A stretch of DNA of 64,000 bases, taken from Opitutales bacterium (GTDB lineage Bacteria > Verrucomicrobiota > Verrucomicrobiia > Opitutales > UBA2987). Below, piece by piece: positions 1 to 9,694 of this stretch. The stretch covers positions 32,001 through 96,000 of the forward strand of contig CBDDEL010000010.1 in NCBI GenBank assembly GCA_965226885.1. Reading direction: 5' to 3'. The notes beneath the pieces are model-generated. The model saw nothing but the letters and a program-made list of their open reading frames with translations. It did not search any database and had not been told where the DNA came from. The translations under genes were made by a program, and so were the position numbers. Numbering within the stretch: position 1 is the stretch's first letter; each line of letters opens with the position of its first letter.

Positions 1-312
1 TCATCCCATTTATCTTCGGGAAAATTTTCAATGGCGTCCATGTGTTGGAAACCGGCGTTGTTGATGAGGATATCGACTTTTCCAAAACGCTCCAGGGTGG
101 CGTCAACGAGCCGCCGGCATGGTTCTCTTTTCGACAGATCGGTCTGCTCGAAGCAGGCCCCGGCCCCCAGGCGGTCGGCTTCCCGGCGGCCTTTTTCCTC
201 ATCCAAGTCCGCCAGGACGACTCGAATGCCCTCCTCGATGAATTTTTTGGCCGTTACCAGGCCGATTCCACCGGTTCCGCCCGTGATGATGGCAACTTTT
301 TCCTTCATTCAA
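1..312 (-). CDS. Short-chain dehydrogenase/reductase, 3-hydroxybutyrate dehydrogenase-like (runs off the window edge)
   Basis: Not in the ORF track. Manual minus-strand translation from TTG at 312 gives MNEGKVAIITGGTGGIG (Rossmann TGxxxGIG) ... VDILINNAGFQHMDAIENFPEDKWD. Confidence 0.85.
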
Positions 313-326
313 AAAACCTGTATTGC

Positions 327-1244
327 TCAATTCTTTTTCATTATTTCCGTCGTCCAGTCCGGGCCATTCTCAATGTTGTGGGTGGCGGCAAAATTGCCCT
401 GATTGATGGCCATGCTGAGGAAATAATCGCTGTTGATGAAAAGAAGGGGTTCGCCCAGCGGCACGTCTCCAAAGGTGCGGACATAGGGCACATCTTCCTG
501 CCAGACAATTTTTCCCTTATGGCGGATGGTCACAGCGACGGTTTCGCCTTCCTTTATGCCTAGCTTGTCGAAGGTGTCCATGTCAATCCGGCTGGCCGTA
601 TTGCCGAGCCGACCCTGGGCAGTATAAATCACCCCGAAGGCGGATTTTCCTTTAATGTACGGTTTGGGGTTTTCCAGCTTGACCACTTCGGGCTCCAGGA
701 GCGGGCCGACGCCCTCGAAATCGATTACCCCGGCGGCCAGGCGCGCCCCGGTGAAGGAATAAACATCCCGTCCGTGAAATGTGTGGGAGCGTTCCGTGCC
801 TTTGCGGCGGTTGACCGATTCATCGATTTCCCGGACCGCCTCTATGCCCATATTTGCCGCCACATTGGACAAGGTTCCATTGTCCGGGCTCACGAAATAA
901 TGCCCCGATTTGGTTTTCAGAACGACCGATTTTCTGACCGTGCCCACACCCGGATCGACCACAGATACGAAGACCGTGCCGACTGGCCAGGCCGGGGCGT
1001 TGTATTCAAAACTGCGCGCCGCCTGGCCGATATCGTAAAGGTCAATGAGGGGGCGAATGTAGAAAATGTCCAGATCCTTACTGACCCCGTAGGCGATTCC
1101 CTGCATGACCGCACCACCGAAATCGGCCTGGATGACGAGGGCGTTTTTGCCATCGGAAATGCCTCCCGCAAAAGCCCAACCCAAGAGGGCGGCAAGGATG
1201 CGGAATTGGTTAAGGTAAAGGTATAGTTGGGTTTTCTTATTCAT
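327..1244 (-). CDS. SAM hydroxide adenosyltransferase (DUF62; SAM-dependent chlorinase/fluorinase superfamily) with N-terminal signal-like segment
   Basis: Motifs DFG, VVDPGVGTVRK, PDNG, HTFHGRD and AINQGN. The His in TFHGRD indicates the hydrolase type. N-terminus is hydrophobic. Confidence 0.88.
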   Translation of the reverse strand: MNKKTQLYLYLNQFRILAALLGWAFAGGISDGKNALVIQADFGGAVMQGIAYGVSKDLDIFYIRPLIDLYDIGQAARSFEYNAPAWPVGTVFVSVVDPGVGTVRKSVVLKTKSGHYFVSPDNGTLSNVAANMGIEAVREIDESVNRRKGTERSHTFHGRDVYSFTGARLAAGVIDFEGVGPLLEPEVVKLENPKPYIKGKSAFGVIYTAQGRLGNTASRIDMDTFDKLGIKEGETVAVTIRHKGKIVWQEDVPYVRTFGDVPLGEPLLFINSDYFLSMAINQGNFAATHNIENGPDWTTEIMKKN

Positions 1245-1403
1245 AGGCTGAGTAATATTCTGAACTGTTGGTAATTTGCTATTATGGCTGAAAAGTGAAA
1301 TTGAAAGGCAATCCCAAAGTTCGCCTCCGGGCCGATTTTTGTTCTTGGTGAAATTCCACGCGCCGCAGTTGACTTGTCAAAGCGTTGCTTTTAGGAAAAG
1401 CGG

Positions 1404-2756
1404 ATGAAGGAGGTTAATCCATTGGAAGATGTGAAATCTGTGGCCGAAATTCCCTACTATGAAACCGTCCCCGATGGTCGGCGAAGAGAGGGAAAATTTT
1501 CTCTGGAAGACCTTCAATTCGGCCAAGATCCTTTCCGTTACCACCTCACCGCCTACCGTCGTCACGGGCCGATTTACCGCTGCTGGTTCCGCAACCAGGA
1601 GTGGGTGGTTATGGGCGGCCTGGAGGCGAACGATTTTGCCTGGCGGCAACCGGATATCTGGTCTTATAGGGAGGCTATGGCCGGTTTCGGGAATCAACTT
1701 GGTTTTGGCCATGTGACGACTTTGGACGGGCCGCCCCACCGCCTGAAAAGGCGATCCCTGAAGGCTGGGTTTGGAAATACAATCTTCCGGCATCTGCCCG
1801 CAATGAGCGCTCTGGCGGCTACGGAGATTACCCGCAACCGGAGCCGGAAAATCGATTTGCAGCAGTTTTTTATGGAAACCGTTATCCGACTTTCAGCCGG
1901 TACCCTTCTTAAAACCGATCTCGACGACGACCTGGTCCAGGCCATGGTTCGATTCGAGGAGATGTTTATGCACGGGCTTAACATCGGCGAATATGGCGAT
2001 GAATATTTTGCCGCCGAAGACTACCGCATGACCAAGGAAAAAGTTTTGGGTTTTTTACAGCAATTGATTGAAAAACGCGATGCGATGGGAAGCCCTGATG
2101 ACTGTTTTTCCGCCATGGTGGAGGGACGGCCGGAACAGGCTGGACCCTATGATTCCCATGAAAAGCTGGACGACGCTTATCTGCTGTTGGTTGCCGGAGC
2201 GGAAAATACGGCCCGCCTGTTGAGCTGGTGTGTCCAGTACATTTGCAGCCACCCCGAATGGCTGTAGGAATTACGCATGGAATTGCAGGAAAATCCAATC
2301 ATTGATTCTCGTGACGGGATGGCGCCTTATCCGAAACTCAAGAATACCATAATGGAAGTGGAAAGGCTTCAACCGGTAGCCTATTTCCATGTCCGCACGA
2401 CGGCCGAGCCGGTTGCATTTCAAGGCTATCGATTGCCCAAAGGAACCGAGATTCTTCACATTCAGGGACTGTGTCATTTCCTTGAGGAGATTTACGAAGA
2501 ACCCTTTGCATTTAATCCCCGGCGATGGGATGGCCGGGAGTATCCGCGTAAAGCCCACGGTTCTTTCGGCGGCGGTACGCACGTTTGCCTGGGCATCAAC
2601 CTGGCCAGAATCCAAACGCCTTTAATCCTGGCCCACCTGCTGGGTGAAAATAACCTTGAGTTTGACTTTAAGCCCGAATTCAACCTTCTGCTGGACCCGG
2701 GCGGCGTCTTTCGCCGTTTTCCTTTGCCCGCCAGGATTGTTCCCATTAATCAATGA
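1404..2756 (+). pseudogene. Cytochrome P450 split by a single in-frame TAG (2265-2267)
   Basis: ORFs 1404-2267 and 2277-2756 share a frame and read HPEWL*ELRMEL. Motifs: I-helix AGAENT, ExxR (EVER), heme FGGGTHVCLG. Confidence 0.85.
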
Positions 2757-3685
2757 ATTTTCTATCTCCATACCTCCGTTTTGCCGCCGTTTTTCTGCCT
2801 TTCTTTTGCTGGACCGTCCTCCAGGCTGCGGATTCGGGTGGGAGAAGGAAGGATACTCCACGAATCGCCATTGTGGCCGCCTTTCAGGGGGAAATGGATG
2901 CCATCCGGGAAGAGATCGTGGGGGAGGTAATCACCAAAGAGGTGATCCTTAACGGTGTTAAATTTTCTCTCGGCACGGCTTATGGCAAACCGGTTCTGTT
3001 TTTCATCACCTATGTCAGCACAGTCAACGCCGCCATGAACACGCAACTGGCGCTTGACCGGTTTGACGTAAAAATGCTTCTTTTCTCGGGCATCGCCGGG
3101 GGTATTAACTGGGACCTGCACAAAGGAGATGTGGCTATACCGGCCAAGTGGCATTATATCCTGGAAGGGGCCTTGTTTAACAAAAAGGATGACGGCAGCG
3201 GTGAATACGAATGCAGCATCGGCTGGTCCAATCACGAATACGGCAATTTCGGTATGATTCATCCCGAAGACGTCAGGGTCATCCGGCAGGGAATGGAGAA
3301 ATCGCAAAAGATGGCATTTTTTGAGATCGATTCCGAACTGTTGAAGTTATCCCGTAAAGCGACCGCAAAATTGAACCTGAAAAATGCATTGGGTAAAAAG
3401 GCCACCATAAAAATCGGCGGGGTGGGGGGCACAAGCCCTGCGTTTCTGGACAATGCGGAGTTCCGCGAATTCATTCATCACGCCTGGGGAACGGATTGCG
3501 TTGACATGGAATCCACCTGTATCGCGCATGTTTGCTGGGTAAATCAAGTGCCCTGCCTTATCGTGCGGTCTCTCAGCGATTTGGCCGGCGGCCAAAAGGG
3601 CGTCAATGAAATCGGAGAGTATGCCAAAGCAGCCGAGCACAATGCAGCCCGTGTTTTGAACGAAATACTCAAATCGCTCGATTGA
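2753..3685 (+). CDS. MTA/SAH nucleosidase family (PNP_UDP_1) protein with signal peptide
   Basis: Motifs FSGIAGG, VDMES and RSLSDLAGG. Hydrophobic N-terminus. ATGA overlap with the P450 stop. Confidence 0.85.
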   Translation: MNFLSPYLRFAAVFLPFFCWTVLQAADSGGRRKDTPRIAIVAAFQGEMDAIREEIVGEVITKEVILNGVKFSLGTAYGKPVLFFITYVSTVNAAMNTQLALDRFDVKMLLFSGIAGGINWDLHKGDVAIPAKWHYILEGALFNKKDDGSGEYECSIGWSNHEYGNFGMIHPEDVRVIRQGMEKSQKMAFFEIDSELLKLSRKATAKLNLKNALGKKATIKIGGVGGTSPAFLDNAEFREFIHHAWGTDCVDMESTCIAHVCWVNQVPCLIVRSLSDLAGGQKGVNEIGEYAKAAEHNAARVLNEILKSLD

Positions 3686-3704
3686 GACGCTTCGTCAAGC
3701 GGGA

Positions 3705-4709
3705 TCAGTCAAAGAACCTCATAACTTTGCGCAATCGTGATTCGGGGAAGCCCCCCAATTGTTCCCGAAAACGATTTTCCACTTCCTGCAACGAGGCGGT
3801 TGATGGCAGAACCTTTACCCCGGTCGAGCAATTTTCGATCATGACAACCGGATCGAAAAACAGGATAACGGCAGCCAGGGGTGTTACATTGACCACCGTT
3901 CCCCAAGGTCCGTGGGTCCATACGTTTTTGAAACCGAATTCGCCCCGGGCCGCTTTGTAGGACATCGGTTCGACCGGGGCCGGATAGATTTCGCTGGCCT
4001 TGGCCATGTCCGTAACGTCCACTTGGGTGATGCCGTGCGCTCCCAGGTAGCCGCCCGCTTTCATCACGCGGCTCACTCTCTCATCCAATTCTTGCAACTG
4101 CATTTCTCCGTCACATCCATACCCGGCCACCCCGTAAATGACCGAACATGGCATTTGGGCCATGGCCCCCAGGCTCATGAAATCAACCATGGAAGTCTTG
4201 GCCGGAACCGCCTCTTTGCCGTCGTGAAAAGAATCCGAGCCGATATCGACGCCCACAAACAGATCGATCCGCTTTTGTTCCACCAACTCCTTCAAGCCAT
4301 TCGCCAAACCCTGCACGCCGCCGGTCAGGCCGGCCACGAACATAACATTTTCGCCCAGAGTTCCCGCCAAACGGGCCTCGCATGGGTTTCGACCGCGAAA
4401 ATGGGATTTTCCGGAAACCCTTACCACTTGTGGCGCGAGGGCCTCCACCTCGGACATTTCCTGAACATCGTAAAGGGTTGGGCCCATCACGGCGCTGCCC
4501 CAGGTGTCGGAAAGAGGTTCCCCGTCCTCCGTCCACCATTGGCAGGCGACGCCCCCCATGTAAATTTCCTCCACCCCCAATTGCCGGAGCAAACGGCATA
4601 CGGGAATTCCCTGGATGATATCGCCCCCCCCGCCAATTCCCATGATGAGCGCGCGTTTGGACTTCAATGCCAATTCGATCAGCGAAGGCTTCATAAATTT
4701 AGCGGTCAA
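3705..4709 (-). CDS. DUF1152-like protein
   Basis: GIGGGGD, VDIGSD and GYGCDGE motifs typical of DUF1152. Confidence 0.7.
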   Translation of the reverse strand: MTAKFMKPSLIELALKSKRALIMGIGGGGDIIQGIPVCRLLRQLGVEEIYMGGVACQWWTEDGEPLSDTWGSAVMGPTLYDVQEMSEVEALAPQVVRVSGKSHFRGRNPCEARLAGTLGENVMFVAGLTGGVQGLANGLKELVEQKRIDLFVGVDIGSDSFHDGKEAVPAKTSMVDFMSLGAMAQMPCSVIYGVAGYGCDGEMQLQELDERVSRVMKAGGYLGAHGITQVDVTDMAKASEIYPAPVEPMSYKAARGEFGFKNVWTHGPWGTVVNVTPLAAVILFFDPVVMIENCSTGVKVLPSTASLQEVENRFREQLGGFPESRLRKVMRFFD

Positions 4710-4748
4710 TGGAATTAATATTAAAAATTCGCAAAGTAGGGGGAGAGA

Positions 4749-7373
4749 TTAATTGAAAGATTGCTTTATTTTTTTGTATATGTTGCGAAAAAATTTCCCT
4801 ACACGGTAAAACTCATCGGCACTCAAACGGTTGGCTGAATCCCTCGCCTCGAATAATTCGGCCTTGGTGTAATCCAGTCGTAAATTAAGGGAATTGAGTT
4901 CCGAGTTTAGGGAGTTAACCTTTACATTTAGTTTATTAATATCCGAATGCAGGTTGTTGATATTTACCCTGGATTCATTCAAGTTAGTGTTGAGAGAGCG
5001 GTTCTGTCTACAAAATTCATCCAGCCGGGTGTAGAGTGATTTTTTTTCTTCGTGGAGATTTTTAACTTGTTTGGAAAAATTACGGGTTTGTTTTGAATAA
5101 CTGTCCAACTGTCCTTGATGTGAGGATATGTCCGAATGCAGGTTGTTGATATTTACCCTGGATTCATTCAAGTTAGTGTTGAGAGAGCGGTTCTGTCTAC
5201 AAAATTCATCCAGCCGGGTGTAGAGTGATTTTTTTTCTTCGTGGAGATTTTTAACTTGTTTGGAAAAATTACGGGTTTGTTTTGAATAACTGTCCAACTG
5301 TCCTTGATGTGAGGATATGCTGTTTTGCATCCAACGGATTTTGTCCTCGGTCAATTCAAGGAGATGTTTTTTCCCGCGATACTCCCTGTCTAACGCTGTT
5401 GCCATTAAGGTCAGCTTCTTTTCCCGAGGGCCGAAATCATGTGTATAGGGATCGATGCTTGAGAGAATGGAATGCTTGTTGTCGAGAGTATTGATCATAC
5501 TGTCTTTACGGATGCGGTATTTGAAAAGAAATTTCGGTATGACATCCAATTCATAACCCTCTATAATAAGTTTAGCTAAAAACTGCCAGTCATGCGTGGC
5601 GGTCAATGGATCTTCAGTGAACCCGCCCAGTTCAGTAAATACTTTCCGCCGAATGATAAAATTGGCGTCGCCGAAAAGATTTTCAAAAGTCCCGAATTCC
5701 TTGCAGGCCCCGAATGGTATAAAACAGCAAGTATAATCTTCATCCGATTGATAGTTTTCGACAAATGCCGGATAAAAACACGAGAGGCAGTCCACCTTCG
5801 AGTAATCTATGGATTCCAACATGGATTCCAACATAAAATCTTCGGCCAGGTTATCGGCGTCGAAAAAAACCAGGTATTGGCCGTCGGCCTGTTGCGCCCC
5901 GAAATTACGTGTGTGTCCCAGGCCCTTGTTTTCCTCTTGTTTGAAAAACTTCCATCGATCAGAATTCGATTTGTATTTTTCCCTCTGTTCCTTGAAAATG
6001 TCGATAGATTCCTTTTCGGTTGAGCCGTCATCGACTACTATCACTTCATAATTTCCATAAGTTTGCTTTTGCAAGGTATCCAGAGCGTCCGGAAGATAAC
6101 GTCCCAGATTGTAATGGGAAACAGTGATAGAAATTTTGGGAATGGATTTTCGACTTTGGGAAATCTTTTTATTCAATTTAACCGCTTTCGTTTCGGTTAT
6201 TTTCTGGATGAATTTCTCCCACTTTTGCTCACTCTTTTCCCTGTTGTAACTTTTGGTCGTGAGGATAGGAATTTTGCCCGCCTGCATTTCGAGAATTTTA
6301 TCGGCCAGGCTTTTTACATCGGGAGAGAACAGACGCTTGGAAGAGCCGACTAATTCGGGAATTCCGCCGGTATTTGCGGCGATTAGATTGAGGTTCATTT
6401 GCAAACACTCAATAACGGTGTAGGGCGAATTATCGACAGGGGAGGGAATCACCACCAGGGCGTCGGAATTATTTCGTATATAATCCAACGCTTGAAAGTG
6501 ATCCAGTTCTGTCAGGTATTCCCAATTTTCCCCATTTGAAAAATATTTGGCGGCCGTTTGCAGATACTTCTGGGCATCAACGCCCCAGATTTGTTGAACT
6601 CTTCCCAAGTAGGTGACTTTAAGTTTTTTTTCGTTAAAAGCCGGGTTGTGGTGGAGCAATTTCAGGCTATCGACAAAAATATCGAGTCCCTTACGTGTTT
6701 CCAGTCTGCCGAAATAAACGATATGATGGGGATTAAATTTTTTCTCCGGCGGTTGTGCGAGGTCTTCTATCAAATATGGCAGGATGTGGGTTTTTCCAGG
6801 AAGTTTCCAGCCATGTTCCTTTGTCCAATCGAGCATATACTTGACCGGACTGATCGCATAATCGGCCATTTTGGCCGAATATTGCTCCATGTAATCCTGC
6901 AATAAATCATCGGCTCCGTTATGCATCAGTACGCGGTTGGCTTCTCGCAGCCACTCGTCGGGAGAATGCAAAGTACAGGTAAAAATGGTGTTCCTGAAGG
7001 CGAGTCCGCACCTGCGGGTCTGCATGGCTATAAAACCATTGCCGTTCCAATCCTGGAAATGGCAAAAATCAAAATCACGGTCTTTAAGCCAACGGCACGT
7101 GTTCAGGGAAACGAGGTGAAAATAATGCCGGTCGTAATGAACCTCCGTGAATGGGGCGGCATCCTGGAGTGTTTCAAATTGGAAACCGCATTTTTCGGAA
7201 AAATGTTTTTTCCAGTGGGCATGGTCGAGGTCAGGCGGATGGTTAGTCAGCAGCACCGTTACATCCTGTTTCAATCGTTGGCTTAAAAACGATGCCAGGT
7301 AGTAACAATGGGTGCCAATGCCGCCGTTTTTTGTCGGCCCGGCTAATTCACTCGTTATGATGCAATGTTTCAC
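4749..7373 (-). CDS. Bifunctional glycosyltransferase (GT4/GT-B plus GT2/GT-A) with C-terminal coiled coil
   Basis: GT4: GGIGT, FGRLETRKG, DNSPYTVIE, GGIPE. GT2: VVDDGS, RNFGA, FFDADN, HDW. Heptad-rich tail. Confidence 0.9.
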   Translation of the reverse strand: MKHCIITSELAGPTKNGGIGTHCYYLASFLSQRLKQDVTVLLTNHPPDLDHAHWKKHFSEKCGFQFETLQDAAPFTEVHYDRHYFHLVSLNTCRWLKDRDFDFCHFQDWNGNGFIAMQTRRCGLAFRNTIFTCTLHSPDEWLREANRVLMHNGADDLLQDYMEQYSAKMADYAISPVKYMLDWTKEHGWKLPGKTHILPYLIEDLAQPPEKKFNPHHIVYFGRLETRKGLDIFVDSLKLLHHNPAFNEKKLKVTYLGRVQQIWGVDAQKYLQTAAKYFSNGENWEYLTELDHFQALDYIRNNSDALVVIPSPVDNSPYTVIECLQMNLNLIAANTGGIPELVGSSKRLFSPDVKSLADKILEMQAGKIPILTTKSYNREKSEQKWEKFIQKITETKAVKLNKKISQSRKSIPKISITVSHYNLGRYLPDALDTLQKQTYGNYEVIVVDDGSTEKESIDIFKEQREKYKSNSDRWKFFKQEENKGLGHTRNFGAQQADGQYLVFFDADNLAEDFMLESMLESIDYSKVDCLSCFYPAFVENYQSDEDYTCCFIPFGACKEFGTFENLFGDANFIIRRKVFTELGGFTEDPLTATHDWQFLAKLIIEGYELDVIPKFLFKYRIRKDSMINTLDNKHSILSSIDPYTHDFGPREKKLTLMATALDREYRGKKHLLELTEDKIRWMQNSISSHQGQLDSYSKQTRNFSKQVKNLHEEKKSLYTRLDEFCRQNRSLNTNLNESRVNINNLHSDISSHQGQLDSYSKQTRNFSKQVKNLHEEKKSLYTRLDEFCRQNRSLNTNLNESRVNINNLHSDINKLNVKVNSLNSELNSLNLRLDYTKAELFEARDSANRLSADEFYRVGKFFRNIYKKIKQSFN
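4942..5319. repeat. Exact 189-bp tandem duplication (63 aa x2) in the glycosyltransferase tail
   Basis: 4942-5130 is repeated at 5131-5319. The peptide SSHQGQLDSY...NNLHSDI occurs twice. Confidence 0.95.
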
Positions 7374-7445
7374 GATGTGAAAAATTAGTGACTATTACCG
7401 CCCATAATGGCAATGCAAACCAATGCAGGGTTTCCCCAAAACCGT

Positions 7446-9641
7446 TCAGGATGGATGGACCTCCTTTTTTTGGAAAAGGTTGAGGAGTTTTTTTCTGTAT
7501 TTATTGTATAAAAGCGGAATTTTTAAAAGGTGGTAATAATTATTTTGCAATTTGGTTAATTCCCGATCGAAATAATTCTCGGGGTTAATAATTGGCTGGC
7601 CTTTGTTCAAACGGTAAAGCATGGCATTGCGGGACTCATTCATGTGATTGACCCCGAGCAGGTTTGAGGCTATATTTCGCTCCCATTCGCCCAGCCCGTT
7701 GAGCAACGGTTCAATGCTTTTGCGATGTGAATAATAATAACTGTAGGGATTAATTGCCGGCCCGGCGTGCGGAGTCAGGCGTCTCTGGAAAAGAAACTCG
7801 GGAACGACCGCAAGCTTGTGCCCCCGAAGGCTGAATCGGATGAAGAATTCCCATTCCGGGGTGATGTTGTCGGGATCGACGGTAAATCCGCCGAGGGAGC
7901 GAAATATGTCGCTTTTGACAATGAAAGCGCCTTCCCCGAAACCATTGTTCAATAAGCCAAGTTCGGGTGAATTTCCGTAAAAATAACGACTGTTGCAAAA
8001 ATGGTTTCGTGATTTTCCCCCTTCTGAAAAATTGCGGTAATAGCAGGTGGCGGCATCCAAGTTGCCTTCTTCCAAGGCAATTTGCAAAGTATCGACCATG
8101 GCGGGCTCCGCCAAGCAGTCGTTTCCCATAAAAATCAGGTATTGGCAATCAGTTTGCCATAAATTGATATTTTGGCCGCCACTAACCGGGCTACCGTCAT
8201 TTTTATCCGGGGAATTTTTAACAAAACTCCAATATTTCTTGCCATGAGATTTTCTCAAAGACTCTAATTGCGAATCGCTTAAACTATCGGTCGCTGCGAC
8301 AAGTTTGAAATTACCATTTGTCTGCTTTTCGAGTGAATCGAGCGCTTTGGCCAGATTTCCGTTGGTTTGATTTTGGGTAAGAAGAACGCAGGTTTTCGTT
8401 TCGGATGGAGTTGTTCCGATATGAGGACCTTTCTTTTGAGCCGCCAACTCCTCCTCTAGATAATTGATAAAACGGGTCCATTCACTCTCCGCCTTATCCC
8501 TGCTGTAGCGATCGGGTGAAAGACCAGGAAGTTTTTTATGAAAAACCTCCTCTAATTTAGCGCTTAAATGTTCAACATCCGGGGCAAACAAACGCTCTTC
8601 GCTCCCGAACAATTCCGGGATTCCGCCGGCGGAAGAGGCGATTACGTTTAGACCCATTTGCAGGCACTCAATAACAGTGTATGGAGAATTGTCGATGGGG
8701 GAGGGAATGACCACAAGGGCGTCGGAATGCTGGCGAAGGTAATTGACCGCTTGAAAATGATCCAAATCAATTTTGAATTCCCATTTGTGATTCGGGGGAA
8801 GATTTTTTTGATGCCGATAAAGGTATTGCAAGGCATCGGGACCGTGGGCGTGGTTGGTCTTTCCGAGAAAAGTAACCTGGAGTTTTTTCTCTCTGAATTT
8901 CTTTTTTTGGATGAGCGCCAATAGTGAATTGACGAAAATTTCCAGGCCTTTGCGGGTTTCCAGACGGCCAAAGAATATGAGGTGTTTTTGATTGAACTCC
9001 CTTTGTGGCGTTTTTTCGATATCGTCGATCAAGTAGGGGATGACTCTCGATTTATCTTCAATTTCCCATCCCAGGCCTTTGGCGTATTTGAGCATATAAT
9101 TGACGGGCGCCACGAGATAGTCGCACATTTCAGTTGCCTGTTTTTCCATGTAATCCATGTGCATGTCTTTGCCCCCGGCGTGGGAATATTGACGGTTGGC
9201 CCGCCGAATCCATTGGTCTGGAGAGTGTAAGGTGCAGGTAAACAATGTGTTGCGAAAATGTAGGCCCGTTTTTTTAGCCATTGCCGAGACGAAGCCGGTG
9301 GCGTTGTTATCCTGGAAATGGCAAATATCGTAGGAGCCATCCCTGAGCCGGTTGTAGAGGTTTAAGGACCACTTGTGAGCGTAATGAAGCCCGCTCGAAC
9401 CGGGCAGGTCAGAAAACGGCGGATAGTCGCCTATATGCTCAAATTCGATATCCAACTTTTTCCTAAAAAACGATTTCCAGTAGGAGGAACCTTGATCGTC
9501 TAAAGTAGGCCACCCAAGTAGGACCGTGACCTCATGACCCATTTTCTGACGTAAAAATTTAGCCAGATAATAGCAATGGGTGCCGATGCCGCCGTTTTTG
9601 GTGGGGCCGGCAATTTCCATTGTGATAATACAGTGCTTCAC
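7446..9641 (-). CDS. GT4 plus degenerate GT2 glycosyltransferase, paralog 2
   Basis: Same N-terminus MKHCIIT..GPTKNGGIGTHCYYLA. GT4 motifs intact; the GT2 DxD position reads FMGNDC. Confidence 0.88.
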   Translation of the reverse strand: MKHCIITMEIAGPTKNGGIGTHCYYLAKFLRQKMGHEVTVLLGWPTLDDQGSSYWKSFFRKKLDIEFEHIGDYPPFSDLPGSSGLHYAHKWSLNLYNRLRDGSYDICHFQDNNATGFVSAMAKKTGLHFRNTLFTCTLHSPDQWIRRANRQYSHAGGKDMHMDYMEKQATEMCDYLVAPVNYMLKYAKGLGWEIEDKSRVIPYLIDDIEKTPQREFNQKHLIFFGRLETRKGLEIFVNSLLALIQKKKFREKKLQVTFLGKTNHAHGPDALQYLYRHQKNLPPNHKWEFKIDLDHFQAVNYLRQHSDALVVIPSPIDNSPYTVIECLQMGLNVIASSAGGIPELFGSEERLFAPDVEHLSAKLEEVFHKKLPGLSPDRYSRDKAESEWTRFINYLEEELAAQKKGPHIGTTPSETKTCVLLTQNQTNGNLAKALDSLEKQTNGNFKLVAATDSLSDSQLESLRKSHGKKYWSFVKNSPDKNDGSPVSGGQNINLWQTDCQYLIFMGNDCLAEPAMVDTLQIALEEGNLDAATCYYRNFSEGGKSRNHFCNSRYFYGNSPELGLLNNGFGEGAFIVKSDIFRSLGGFTVDPDNITPEWEFFIRFSLRGHKLAVVPEFLFQRRLTPHAGPAINPYSYYYSHRKSIEPLLNGLGEWERNIASNLLGVNHMNESRNAMLYRLNKGQPIINPENYFDRELTKLQNNYYHLLKIPLLYNKYRKKLLNLFQKKEVHPS

Positions 9642-9694
9642 TTATTAAATTAGCTCAAACTCAACAATGAATTTTTCTTAAAAAACAATGCGTA

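Noticed and set aside
31..563. Plus-strand ORFs 31-402 and 42-563, and similar long antisense ORFs such as 3912-4718 and 56377-57189
   Set aside because: Shadows of well-supported genes on the opposite strand.
327..1244. Fluorinase or chlorinase
   Set aside because: It has the TFHGRD His and the Asp/Arg of the DUF62 hydrolase triad rather than halogenase-type residues.
2265..2267. Pyrrolysine or amber recoding
   Set aside because: TAG acts as a normal stop elsewhere (dnaX, CRTAC gene), no pyl genes are visible, and the site is not catalytic.
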